IMG/VR virus record: IMGVR_UViG_2645727555_000021
Source of the DNA: a virus
Lineage: Duplodnaviria > Heunggongvirae > Uroviricota > Caudoviricetes
Direction: 5' to 3' (one strand)
DNA length: 8,729 nt
Notes under the pieces: generated by a model
The model's input: only the letters and a program-made list of their open reading frames with translations
Databases searched by the model: none
What the model was told of the DNA's origin: nothing
In this document: piece after piece, positions 1 to 6,611 of the stretch
Position numbering within the stretch: position 1 is the first letter of the stretch
How the letters are laid out: every line of letters begins with the position of its first letter
Made by a program: the position numbers and the translations under genes

Positions 1-118
1 CCATATAACCACCTGAAAGACAATGACATTGCCTGTTTTTATAACGGTAATTGCAGACCATGACAAGCCGCAGCCGTCAGGCTGCCTACTCGAATGTTTG
101 CCATTATTTTCTCCTGAA

Positions 119-144
119 CGCCCCTTATTCAGGGGCGTGTTTTT
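119..144 (+). terminator. Rho-independent terminator (plus-strand orientation)
   Basis: Seen in sequence: 8-bp GC-rich stem ACGCCCCT (119-126) / AGGGGCGT (131-138), loop TATT, followed by GTTTTT (139-144). Only frame 1 is open from the window start to a TGA at 61-63, so a plus-strand gene may end just upstream; 21 codons is too little to call it. Confidence 0.5.
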
Positions 145-251
145 GCCTTACTTCTGCTTTGTTTTTTTCTGTGCCTTTGAAGTGTTCGCGGCGATAGTTT
201 CACCTTCATCTACGTCAAGTGACGTTGGTGATACCGACACGTTCGCCACCA

Positions 252-1949
252 TCACTTTTTTTCGTTAACCTTGCCTGTCAGCATGTCGATAGCACCTTCT
301 TTGGCACGAGTCAGACGCAGGCGGGTGAAGTAGTTTTCACCGTTGCGAGGATGTACTTCGTTGATGGCACTGCCCCAGAGAGTGGTACGGTTAACGAGAG
401 ACGGATTGGTTTCGTGCACGTAAGGGATTGCTGGGACTGCATCACCAGCAATCAGACCGGCTTTACCGATGCCTTCGCCACGCCCATAGAAGAAGATGTC
501 ATCCAGCCCGAAGTCATATCCCTGTGCCTGGAATTGCTCACAGACAGGTTGCGGCACTTCGTAAATACGAATCGTGCCAAACAGGGTGCCGATGTACTGT
601 ACATACGGCGACTGAACGTAACCTGGTGCGATCTGGAAGTGCTGTGGAGGCAGAGAGCGCAGGAAGTTCGCGGCGTCACCACCAGCAAAGCCGCCACGAA
701 TACCCGTTGTCAGGGTACGATTTGCCATTTCTTGAGACAGAGCGTTTACTACGTGACGCAGGAGGCCGACCCAGGACTCATAGTTTTGAGCTTCCGGCAG
801 AGCCACATCAAATTCACGACCATAAACGGTATGGAATACCAGGGTGCGCAGACGCATGATGTCGGTTTCATGGGAGATCCAGTTACGCATCGCGGAGAAC
901 TGAAGTGCCGCTAATTCAAGGCCGTGCTCACGGCTTAAATCGGATGCGGACATTACCGTGTGTTCGGAAGCAATTACGTACTGGGACGGACGAACTTCGT
1001 ACTTACGCATAGCCTGGTTGATCACCGGAATCAGGCTTGGATTGCGCTCGATGTTAATTTCGACCTGAACAGCAATTTCAGTACCTTCTGGCGGAGCCTG
1101 GGTAAATGTAATGTCAATGACACCAGTGTCATAGGCAACTTTGGCAGTCGCTGAGAAAGCATTACCTTTGCTGTCTTTAGCATTGAAATAAAGGTTGCCA
1201 TCGCCGTCGTCAACTTTGGACGGTTTGCGGTTGATCAGCAGTTTGTTATAACCAGCGCGAAGCGGGCAGGATTGTCCCTCAAAATTTTTGATGTCGAACT
1301 GGAAGGTTTTGGTGCTGCCATCCCCTTTAGTGGAAAGGGTATACAGGCGCTTCATTTGAGAATAAACACCAGCTGACTGCATATTCAGTTCGTCACCTTG
1401 TTTGAAGGTGCCGAATTTTGTGCCTGCTACGTTGACCAGTTCATAAATATTTGACTCGTCACGATCACAAGGAACAAAAGTACAGGCATCACTGGTAGCA
1501 GCGCCCAGAGAGGCAGGCAGAATTAGAGCAGCATATTGAGCAACTTTCATTACGCCGTCAGAGCTACGCATTGATTGCGCGACAGACTCAAACATTGCCT
1601 TACCCGTGCCTTCATGGGTATCACTGGCACATTCAGTCATCAGGCGTTCAAGAGCCATGTGTGCGTTCGCCAGGATGTCACTTGCCGGGTAATGACCATG
1701 TTGACGTTTATACTCATGCAGAGACATAGCCCACCCACCAGTGATCTGACGAGCGACCTCTGGATTTACGCCTTCAAACATAGGCACTTTCTGGATTGCT
1801 TTATCCAGGTTTTCCATCATTACTGCCTGGTCAGCAATCATGTTGCCTGCTGCATCGGTGGTCGGATCGACGGTCATAGCCATGACGCTTGCCGCCCGAT
1901 TCATAATCTCGCGCTCGCGATCACGAGCTGGCTGAATGTTTTTATTCAC
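252..1949 (-). CDS. Hypothetical 565-aa protein, function unknown (possibly a virion structural protein; speculative)
   Basis: Long uninterrupted ORF with a GTG start at 1949 (translation begins NKNIQPA), with AGGG about 9 nt upstream. No Walker A, no transmembrane segment, no recognisable catalytic motif by eye. The antisense ORFs 219..914 and 428..859 have low-complexity, Arg/His/Cys-rich translations and are treated as shadows. Confidence 0.75.
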   Translation of the reverse strand: MNKNIQPARDREREIMNRAASVMAMTVDPTTDAAGNMIADQAVMMENLDKAIQKVPMFEGVNPEVARQITGGWAMSLHEYKRQHGHYPASDILANAHMALERLMTECASDTHEGTGKAMFESVAQSMRSSDGVMKVAQYAALILPASLGAATSDACTFVPCDRDESNIYELVNVAGTKFGTFKQGDELNMQSAGVYSQMKRLYTLSTKGDGSTKTFQFDIKNFEGQSCPLRAGYNKLLINRKPSKVDDGDGNLYFNAKDSKGNAFSATAKVAYDTGVIDITFTQAPPEGTEIAVQVEINIERNPSLIPVINQAMRKYEVRPSQYVIASEHTVMSASDLSREHGLELAALQFSAMRNWISHETDIMRLRTLVFHTVYGREFDVALPEAQNYESWVGLLRHVVNALSQEMANRTLTTGIRGGFAGGDAANFLRSLPPQHFQIAPGYVQSPYVQYIGTLFGTIRIYEVPQPVCEQFQAQGYDFGLDDIFFYGRGEGIGKAGLIAGDAVPAIPYVHETNPSLVNRTTLWGSAINEVHPRNGENYFTRLRLTRAKEGAIDMLTGKVNEKK

Positions 1950-2107
1950 GGTTAAGCCCTAAATTCGGGCGCGGCGTGAAGGTTCTTTTGACGGGCTAAC
2001 AATACCTACTTTGTGATTTAGTCAATAGGTTTAGTAAAATAAAATCTATTAACACACATGTTGTTATGTGATTTAATTTTAGTTTTCTAACACAAATCAT
2101 TAGAGTT
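1950..2107. promoter_or_regulatory. AT-rich divergent intergenic region; presumed promoters for the 565-aa gene (leftward) and the 2108-2975 cassette (rightward)
   Basis: 158-bp AT-rich spacer between two divergently oriented coding regions. No -35/-10 pair could be assigned confidently. Confidence 0.3.
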
Positions 2108-2500
2108 ATGGCGTATCGAATCTTTGTTTCGTATAAAAATGGCGCTAAGAGCCACTCTCTGAACACAACAAGTCGCTTTCTTGTTGAGGCGCAGTTGGCA
2201 TCAATTCTTGCCGAAAGTGAGATACTCTCGCTCGCTGAACGGATCGTTATCCAGTTTTCTGGTAGAGATATACTCAATGTCCCCGCCCTCACCCCGGCAT
2301 CCGAAGTTATGGAATCAATTAAATGGCCTGTATGCGGATGTCCTGCCAGGGTTGAAGAGCCGGTAACTGCAACGCTCTACATGCCGAAAGCTGTAAGAGA
2401 TTGGCTTGCTATGGTTGGCAATGGGAAAGTCAGTGCTGGACTTCGCAAGTTAATTGAAATGGCAGATATTCCTGAGTTAAAAAATGCATGGCGACAATGA
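2108..2500 (+). CDS. Hypothetical 130-aa protein with a C-terminal ribbon-helix-helix-like segment (putative DNA-binding regulator or antitoxin-like)
   Basis: ATG at 2108 with only a weak SD (GAG). The C-terminus TATLYMPKAVRDWLAMVGNGKVSAGLRKLIEMA fits a strand / helix / G-x-S turn / helix RHH pattern. The stop at 2498-2500 is 16 nt before the next gene start, suggesting an operon. The start codon is uncertain. Confidence 0.5.
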   Translation: MAYRIFVSYKNGAKSHSLNTTSRFLVEAQLASILAESEILSLAERIVIQFSGRDILNVPALTPASEVMESIKWPVCGCPARVEEPVTATLYMPKAVRDWLAMVGNGKVSAGLRKLIEMADIPELKNAWRQ

Positions 2501-2516
2501 GTAAACAAGGGACAAA

Positions 2517-2975
2517 ATGAGTCACGTTAACCCATCAAAAACACAATATCGCTTAATGCTGGCGATCGCGTCAGCTATACCAACCAGCCTGAATCCCCCG
2601 GCAGGCTATCCCGCTGTTGTTGATGATTGTTTTCAGTATTACGGAGAAGACATCCTGAGCCAGTCCAAAGCGCTCAAGCAGTTATGTAAGGCAGGTATTC
2701 TTCACTGTATCGGAGATCCGGACGATTTTGTTGTTATGCTGGCGGATCGTGACTCTTTTCTACTGTCCTGGAAAGCCGGTGCGCGCGAAGCACGTTTGGG
2801 GAATGGTATTGGTTACATAGACTATAGTGATTGTCCGCTGGCATTTGCTGGTGGATATATGCATTGGCATGAGCGAAATAGAGGCCGTCAGCGTCAGTAT
2901 CGCTTGAGTGACTTTAACGTCTGTCACGGTTTCGAAGAAGCTGACAGCCAGGACATCTGGCTTCAGGAGCCTTGA
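2517..2975 (+). CDS. Hypothetical 152-aa protein, function unknown
   Basis: ATG at 2517 preceded by AAGGGA 5 nt upstream. Soluble, with no transmembrane segment and no recognised motif; Cys/His-containing (CHG, HWHE). Its 3' end overlaps the convergent lipoprotein gene by 13 bp. Confidence 0.65.
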   Translation: MSHVNPSKTQYRLMLAIASAIPTSLNPPAGYPAVVDDCFQYYGEDILSQSKALKQLCKAGILHCIGDPDDFVVMLADRDSFLLSWKAGAREARLGNGIGYIDYSDCPLAFAGGYMHWHERNRGRQRQYRLSDFNVCHGFEEADSQDIWLQEP

Positions 2976-3295
2976 TCCCCCTTCCCTTCCCAAATCTCCC
3001 TGTTTCTTTGGTTATTCAGTGCGTTTCGTTGGTTGCATTCGTCGATCGTGCTGAATAACTGTTCAGCGTATGTCGGATACTTGTTTAACAGCACTGGCGT
3101 GTCCTCTGGCACTAAACAAGGGGAGTAATCAATCAGATTTGCCTGCGGCTTGCTGGTGGCTTCTACGGTAATTTTCACTGGCACGCTGGTTGATGGCTTT
3201 TGCCCGTTCCCGCTGCATCCTGATAACGTCATCAGGCACACGCACATCGTTAATCCCAGCACGGCGTAACGCATTTTCAAGGCGAGTGATTTCAT
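2963..3295 (-). CDS. Outer-membrane lipoprotein, o-spanin (Rz1)-like
   Basis: N-terminus MKSLALKMRYAVLGLTMCVCLMTLSGC is a lipoprotein signal peptide with lipobox LSGC; the mature part is Pro/Ser/Thr-rich with extra Cys. GAGAGGAAAG lies immediately upstream of the ATG at 3295. The gene starts inside the 3' end of the upstream Rz-like gene in a different frame (overlap 3129-3295), matching the overlapped spanin architecture known for P2 lysB/lysC. Confidence 0.5.
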   Translation of the reverse strand: MKSLALKMRYAVLGLTMCVCLMTLSGCSGNGQKPSTSVPVKITVEATSKPQANLIDYSPCLVPEDTPVLLNKYPTYAEQLFSTIDECNQRNALNNQRNREIWEGKGDQGS

Positions 3296-3587
3296 TCTGG
3301 CTTTCCTCTCGTTGTTTGATTAGGTTGGCATTCAGTTCTGCTGTTTTGCGCTGGTACTCCTTTTCCAGTGCTTTAATTCTTTCGTTTTCGGTCAGCATGG
3401 CTGAGCGAGCGTTCTCACTTAACTGTAATGCGGTAGAAAGCGTGTTGTTCGTGCTTTCCAGTTGTGATTTTGAGTCTTCAAGCGATCGGACATACCTGAT
3501 GTGTTCGATAACTGCCGTCGTTGTTCGGTAAATTCCAGAAATGGCTAAAAGCGCAATTACAATCAAAATTATCTTTTTCAAAACCAT
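3129..3587 (-). CDS. Bitopic inner-membrane coiled-coil protein, i-spanin (Rz)-like
   Basis: The ORF is open to 3602, but the ATG at 3585-3587 (MVLKKIILIVIALLAISG...) is directly preceded by GGAGAGG, whereas the ATG at 3602 has no SD. One N-terminal transmembrane helix, then a long charged coiled-coil-like region (EKEYQRKTAELNANLIKQREESQNEITRLENALRRAG). Its C-terminal region overlaps the lipoprotein gene. Confidence 0.55.
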   Translation of the reverse strand: MVLKKIILIVIALLAISGIYRTTTAVIEHIRYVRSLEDSKSQLESTNNTLSTALQLSENARSAMLTENERIKALEKEYQRKTAELNANLIKQREESQNEITRLENALRRAGINDVRVPDDVIRMQRERAKAINQRASENYRRSHQQAAGKSD

Positions 3588-3658
3588 CCTCTCCAGGTTC
3601 ATTTTTTGGTGTTAAACATGTACCAATTTACATCCTTTTGTGTGCCTAAGTGGTGCTT

Positions 3659-4465
3659 CTATGATTCCTTTTTGGTGTTCTTTTGGAGCGCATCGATAAC
3701 GCCTTGTGGCATGATTAAACTGATTGCCGGACTCATTACTGCATCATCCAGTAGAGAACCAGTTAACGTGATGGCGACAGCGTTCTCTAAACCTTTGGTT
3801 GCCTGAGTGGTTGACGTTTTAATGCGACCTGTAAGGGCTACGACACCCTCACTTGCTGAGTTAATTTCGGAGAGTAAAACTTCGGCGGCTGTCACTGCTT
3901 CCCGTAAAGCATCAATTTCATCCTGAGTAATGACTGGAGCCTGAGCGCCCCCAGCACCACCCTGTCCACCATTGCTTTCACCACCACCAGCACTTCCGGC
4001 AGCTTCAATTTTTGCGTTAATGGCGTTCATGGCGGTTTTCAGAGCATCAAGTTTTAGCGCCGTCAATGCGTCCGTTAGAGATTGCGGAATGGAAACATTC
4101 CCCATTCCCTCAACAAGGGCGAAAGCAGGTATGGGGGTCAGCTCGTTACCTTTTGCGTAGCATTCCCAGCCAATCTTCATCTGTAACAACTCTGATGGCT
4201 TGGTGTATGGGGAAAGAGAATCAGCCAGTAATGAAGACGCTTTGCTGGCCTCATTGAGCTGTTCAGAAAAGCCAAGCAATTGAGTAGTCCAGGCCGAAAC
4301 AGAATCAGGATAGGTTTTATCGGCGTGAACTATTCCCTGTATGGCGCTGGCGAGCGATGAGGCTTTTACAGAAGCTGCCCGGCTTATGGTTATAGATTCT
4401 GGTGTAGAGATACCGGCATCTGACAGAATTTTGAAGGCTTTAACTTCACCTATTGAATCAAGCAT
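3659..4465 (-). CDS. Hypothetical 268-aa Ala/Ser/Gly-rich soluble protein, translationally coupled to the PAAR-like gene
   Basis: The ORF extends upstream to 4564, but its in-frame ATG at 4463-4465 overlaps the PAAR stop (TAATG on the coding strand); the first 33 codons of the longer ORF are shadow of the PAAR gene. Contains a low-complexity linker AAGSAGGGESNGGQGGAGGAQAP between helical Ala-rich halves. No transmembrane segment and no catalytic motif seen. Confidence 0.65.
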   Translation of the reverse strand: MLDSIGEVKAFKILSDAGISTPESITISRAASVKASSLASAIQGIVHADKTYPDSVSAWTTQLLGFSEQLNEASKASSLLADSLSPYTKPSELLQMKIGWECYAKGNELTPIPAFALVEGMGNVSIPQSLTDALTALKLDALKTAMNAINAKIEAAGSAGGGESNGGQGGAGGAQAPVITQDEIDALREAVTAAEVLLSEINSASEGVVALTGRIKTSTTQATKGLENAVAITLTGSLLDDAVMSPAISLIMPQGVIDALQKNTKKES

Positions 4466-4749
4466 TATGCAACCTGAAAAATATCCTCGCCGTTGGCGAT
4501 AACAGAACCACAAGAAAGCGGATCGCCTACACAGACAACTCCCTTTCCACCTATCGAAAACCATACTCGCGTCGATACAGCTGCCCCTGGATGTGCACTG
4601 TTACCGTCAGTGTGACTGGGAAACATGGCACCATCTACAACAACTGGCTTACCGTTAACGGTGAACCAGGGAACGGTTTCTGCTACCAGTCGCGGCGGAA
4701 ATCCTCCGTGACCAGAACAAAGGGTGTCGCTGGTGGCTATTGCGCTCAT
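4465..4749 (-). CDS. PAAR-repeat-like protein (94 aa)
   Basis: ATG at 4747-4749 with AGGAGG 6 nt upstream. Translation shows three repeats of the PAAR type: LCSGHGG, WFTVNGKPVVVDGA and VWFSIGGKGVVCVGD. Size and repeat pattern match PAAR spike-tip proteins of T6SS and T4 gp5.4; assignment is by eye, not alignment. Confidence 0.6.
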   Translation of the reverse strand: MSAIATSDTLCSGHGGFPPRLVAETVPWFTVNGKPVVVDGAMFPSHTDGNSAHPGAAVSTRVWFSIGGKGVVCVGDPLSCGSVIANGEDIFQVA

Positions 4750-4834
4750 TCTTCACCTCCTGGTTATCCTCCTATTGTCATCACTTTGTTATTTCGTCAT
4801 TCAAACGGAGAGTTAAATTTCGGAATATTTTTGT

Positions 4835-4990
4835 ATTCTCAATTCATTCTCAAATAAATCTCACTATCAGACCATCATTCAGTGAGTGATTAAGATATTC
4901 TCAAAATAAACTCAACAAGCGCTCTTTTTTATCTCGTTTGGTGTGGATTTTTGGGTGCTTCTCTTTTAAAATTACATTTTAATTCTCAAA
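4835..4990. repeat. parC-like centromere/operator iterons upstream of parM
   Basis: Four exact copies of ATTCTCAA at 4835-4842, 4846-4853, 4897-4904 and 4982-4989. Degenerate copies sit 11 bp after the second and third (AAATCTCA at 4857, AAACTCAA at 4908), giving two phased runs of three with 11-bp spacing, as in R1 parC. The array lies in the divergent region between the PAAR-operon start and parM. Confidence 0.45.
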
Positions 4991-5015
4991 TGTGTCTCAG
5001 AAGTGGAGCAAGAAG

Positions 5016-5972
5016 ATGCGCATTTTTATCGATGATGGTTCAACCAATATCAAAATGCTGTGGGAGCACGACGGGGAAACTCGCACTCACATCAGCCCTA
5101 ACAGCTTTAAGCGCGGATGGTCAGCAACATTTGGTGCGGGCAAGCCGTTTAACTATGTCATTGACGACGAAAAGTATTCATACGACTTGATATCGCCAGA
5201 TGTTCTGCCGACGAATAATGTGGAATGGCAATACAGCCCGCTTAACGTCCTGGCTGTTCACCATGCCCTGCTGACAAGTGGCATTGAGCCGCAGGAAGTA
5301 GAAATTGTGGTCACGCTGCCTCTGGCGGAGTTTTACGACGACGACGCGCAATACAATCTCGATAACATCGAGCGCAAGAAAGCCAGTCTTATGCGCCCCG
5401 TCACGCTGAATAAAGGCAATGTGTTCACGATTAAGAAAGTTACGGTACGACCGGAGTCTATTCCGGCAGGAATTGGCCTGTGCGACAATCTGAACCCTGC
5501 CCATTCTGTTCTTATCGTCGATTTGGGTGGAACTACCCTTGATGTTTCAATGGTCGCCGGGCAAATGACGGCAGTTTCCCGTGTTTTTGGCGATTCGAAT
5601 CTTGGTGTATCACTGGTCACCAGGGAAGTAAGGCAAGCACTTGCAAGGGCCAATACCGAAACGTCAAATTACAATGTTGATCAGCTCATTATTAACCGCC
5701 ACGATGAAGATTATCTGAACGACAATATCAATGACCCATCAGCGATTGGTGATGTGAAAAAGGCCATTGCCGCAAGCATTGACCGTCTGCGTACCCGCGT
5801 TCTTGATGTGATTGGCGACTTTAAAGGATATACGCATGTCATGGTGATCGGTGGTGGCGCACCGCTGGTGGCAGATGCAATTCGCGAGCAAGTTAATATT
5901 CGTGATGACCGTTTCTTCGTGGCGGATGACCCGCAACTTGCTCTTGTTCATGGCCTGAAAGCAATCGGTTAA
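5016..5972 (+). CDS. parM: Type II partition actin-like ATPase ParM (StbA)
   Basis: The N-terminus MRIFIDDGSTNIKMLWEHDGETRTHISPNSFKRGW closely follows the R1 ParM N-terminus (MLVFIDDGSTNIK...HISPNSFKREW) as I recall it, and the motif NVLAVHHALLTSG is also shared. GGAG lies 7 nt before the ATG at 5016; the tracked ORF start at 4992 is a GTG extension without an SD. 318 aa. Confidence 0.9.
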   Translation: MRIFIDDGSTNIKMLWEHDGETRTHISPNSFKRGWSATFGAGKPFNYVIDDEKYSYDLISPDVLPTNNVEWQYSPLNVLAVHHALLTSGIEPQEVEIVVTLPLAEFYDDDAQYNLDNIERKKASLMRPVTLNKGNVFTIKKVTVRPESIPAGIGLCDNLNPAHSVLIVDLGGTTLDVSMVAGQMTAVSRVFGDSNLGVSLVTREVRQALARANTETSNYNVDQLIINRHDEDYLNDNINDPSAIGDVKKAIAASIDRLRTRVLDVIGDFKGYTHVMVIGGGAPLVADAIREQVNIRDDRFFVADDPQLALVHGLKAIG

Positions 5973-5979
5973 CGAGGTA

Positions 5980-6324
5980 ATGTCCATGTCTCAGGAACGT
6001 AAGAAAGTGATGATTTATCTTCGCCCAGAGGCTTATGCCAATGAAAAGGCGGCGAGCGAGAAGATAAAAAAACATAGCGATATGGCAAGAACCGCATTGT
6101 TGGCAGGGCTTGCGCTGGGAGAAGTCGATAGCAGGCTTCCAGGATTACTGGCTTCCCTGCTGACCGAAGACAATAACCCGGAGCTGATCCGAAAAATGCT
6201 GGCATCCTTCCTGGAACTACCAGCTGCGGTTGAGGAGCGCCCTGCCTCCATTGAGCCAGTGAAGGAGCAAGTTGTTGCCAAAAGCGCGTCGGCGCGCAAT
6301 CTGGCTGACTCTCTACCTGATTGA
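5980..6324 (+). CDS. parR: Type II partition adaptor ParR (StbB)-like DNA-binding protein
   Basis: It lies 8 nt after the parM stop, is of ParR size, and the segment ARTALLAGLALGE resembles RAALTAGLALY of R1 ParR from memory. The start may be the ATG at 5986 rather than 5980, because GAGG at 5974-5977 is better spaced for it. Confidence 0.75.
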   Translation: MSMSQERKKVMIYLRPEAYANEKAASEKIKKHSDMARTALLAGLALGEVDSRLPGLLASLLTEDNNPELIRKMLASFLELPAAVEERPASIEPVKEQVVAKSASARNLADSLPD

Positions 6325-6342
6325 CAGAAAATGTGCTGGTTT

Positions 6343-6367
6343 AAGGCTGCAAATTGCAGCCTTTTTT
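6343..6367 (+). terminator. Rho-independent terminator of the parMR operon
   Basis: Perfect 9-bp stem AAGGCTGCA (6343-6351) / TGCAGCCTT (6355-6363) with a 3-nt loop, running into a T-run that ends at 6367; it lies 19 nt after the parR stop. Confidence 0.7.
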
Positions 6368-6395
6368 ATGCCTTAATGGTGTCTAATTGGTGTTA

Positions 6396-6578
6396 ATCTG
6401 GAACCAGTTAGGTGCTGTTATGATGCAATTTTGTATCTGGTTCCAATTTGGGGCTGATTTCGTGTTAAATAGGATGCAATATAAGGTGTATTTGGTCTGA
6501 TTGATGTTATACTTTGCCAAACATTCATGACTCCATTATAGAGCCTGTCCCGCATCAAGAAGGCTCTTATCTGGAACC
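6396..6578. repeat. Repeated ATCTGG(A/T)(A/T)CC motifs upstream of parA; candidate partition site or operator
   Basis: ATCTGGAACC at 6396-6405 and 6569-6578, and ATCTGGTTCC at 6435-6444. Also ATGCAAT at 6423-6429 and 6474-6480, and AATGGTGT / AATTGGTGT at 6375-6390. The last copy sits in the leader between the putative promoter and the parA RBS. Confidence 0.4.
6505..6513 (+). promoter_or_regulatory. Putative extended -10 promoter for the parA operon
   Basis: TGtTATACT at 6505-6513 matches the extended -10 form TGnTATAAT. No good -35 is present. It lies about 100 nt upstream of the parA ATG. Prediction by eye only. Confidence 0.3.
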
Positions 6579-6611
6579 GTTTTGATACCAAAATCACACC
6601 GAGGAACGGAT

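Noticed and set aside
23-268. Plus-strand ORF of 81 aa
   Set aside because: It reads straight through the hairpin terminator at 119-144 and into the 3' end of the convergent 565-aa gene. The translation is hydrophobic low-complexity.
219-914. Plus-strand ORFs 219..914 (231 aa) and 428..859 (143 aa), and minus-strand ORF 452..697
   Set aside because: They lie entirely within and antisense to, or out of frame with, the 565-aa gene. Their translations are low-complexity and rich in Arg/His/Cys, typical of shadow ORFs, and no RBS is evident.
252-1949. Possible Walker A in the 565-aa protein (GRGEGIGKAG)
   Set aside because: The spacing does not fit GxxxxGK[ST] and no Walker B follows, so no ATPase call is made.
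2108-2160. N-terminus RIFVSYKNGAKSH superficially resembling the start of a TIR domain (FISY-type motif)
   Set aside because: The rest of the 130-aa protein lacks the other conserved TIR elements, including the catalytic Glu context, and the C-terminus looks like RHH. The resemblance is too short to support a call.
1996-2292. Minus-strand 98-aa ORF and plus-strand ORF 2181..2366
   Set aside because: They overlap the better-supported plus-strand 2108..2500 gene and the AT-rich promoter region. They have no SD and implausible composition.
3190-3531. Plus-strand 113-aa ORF
   Set aside because: It is antisense to the Rz-like gene and the lipoprotein gene. Its translation is Ser/Leu/Arg-rich shadow sequence.
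4453-4857. Plus-strand 134-aa ORF across the PAAR gene and the par iteron region
   Set aside because: It is antisense to the PAAR-like gene, which has a strong SD, and runs into the iteron array. No RBS.
4992-5015. GTG-initiated 5' extension of parM (MSQKWSKK)
   Set aside because: An ATG with a properly spaced GGAG follows at 5016 and gives an N-terminus matching ParM family starts. The extension overlaps the last iteron.
5178-6299. Several minus-strand ORFs (5178..5504, 5333..5653, 5739..5987, 5893..6075, 5969..6205, 6033..6299)
   Set aside because: All are antisense to the parM and parR coding sequences, which have strong family-level support.
6582-6611. TTG-initiated 5' extension of parA
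   Set aside because: The ATG at 6612 has a GAGGAA SD and yields the canonical ParA N-terminus, with the Walker A beginning at residue 9.
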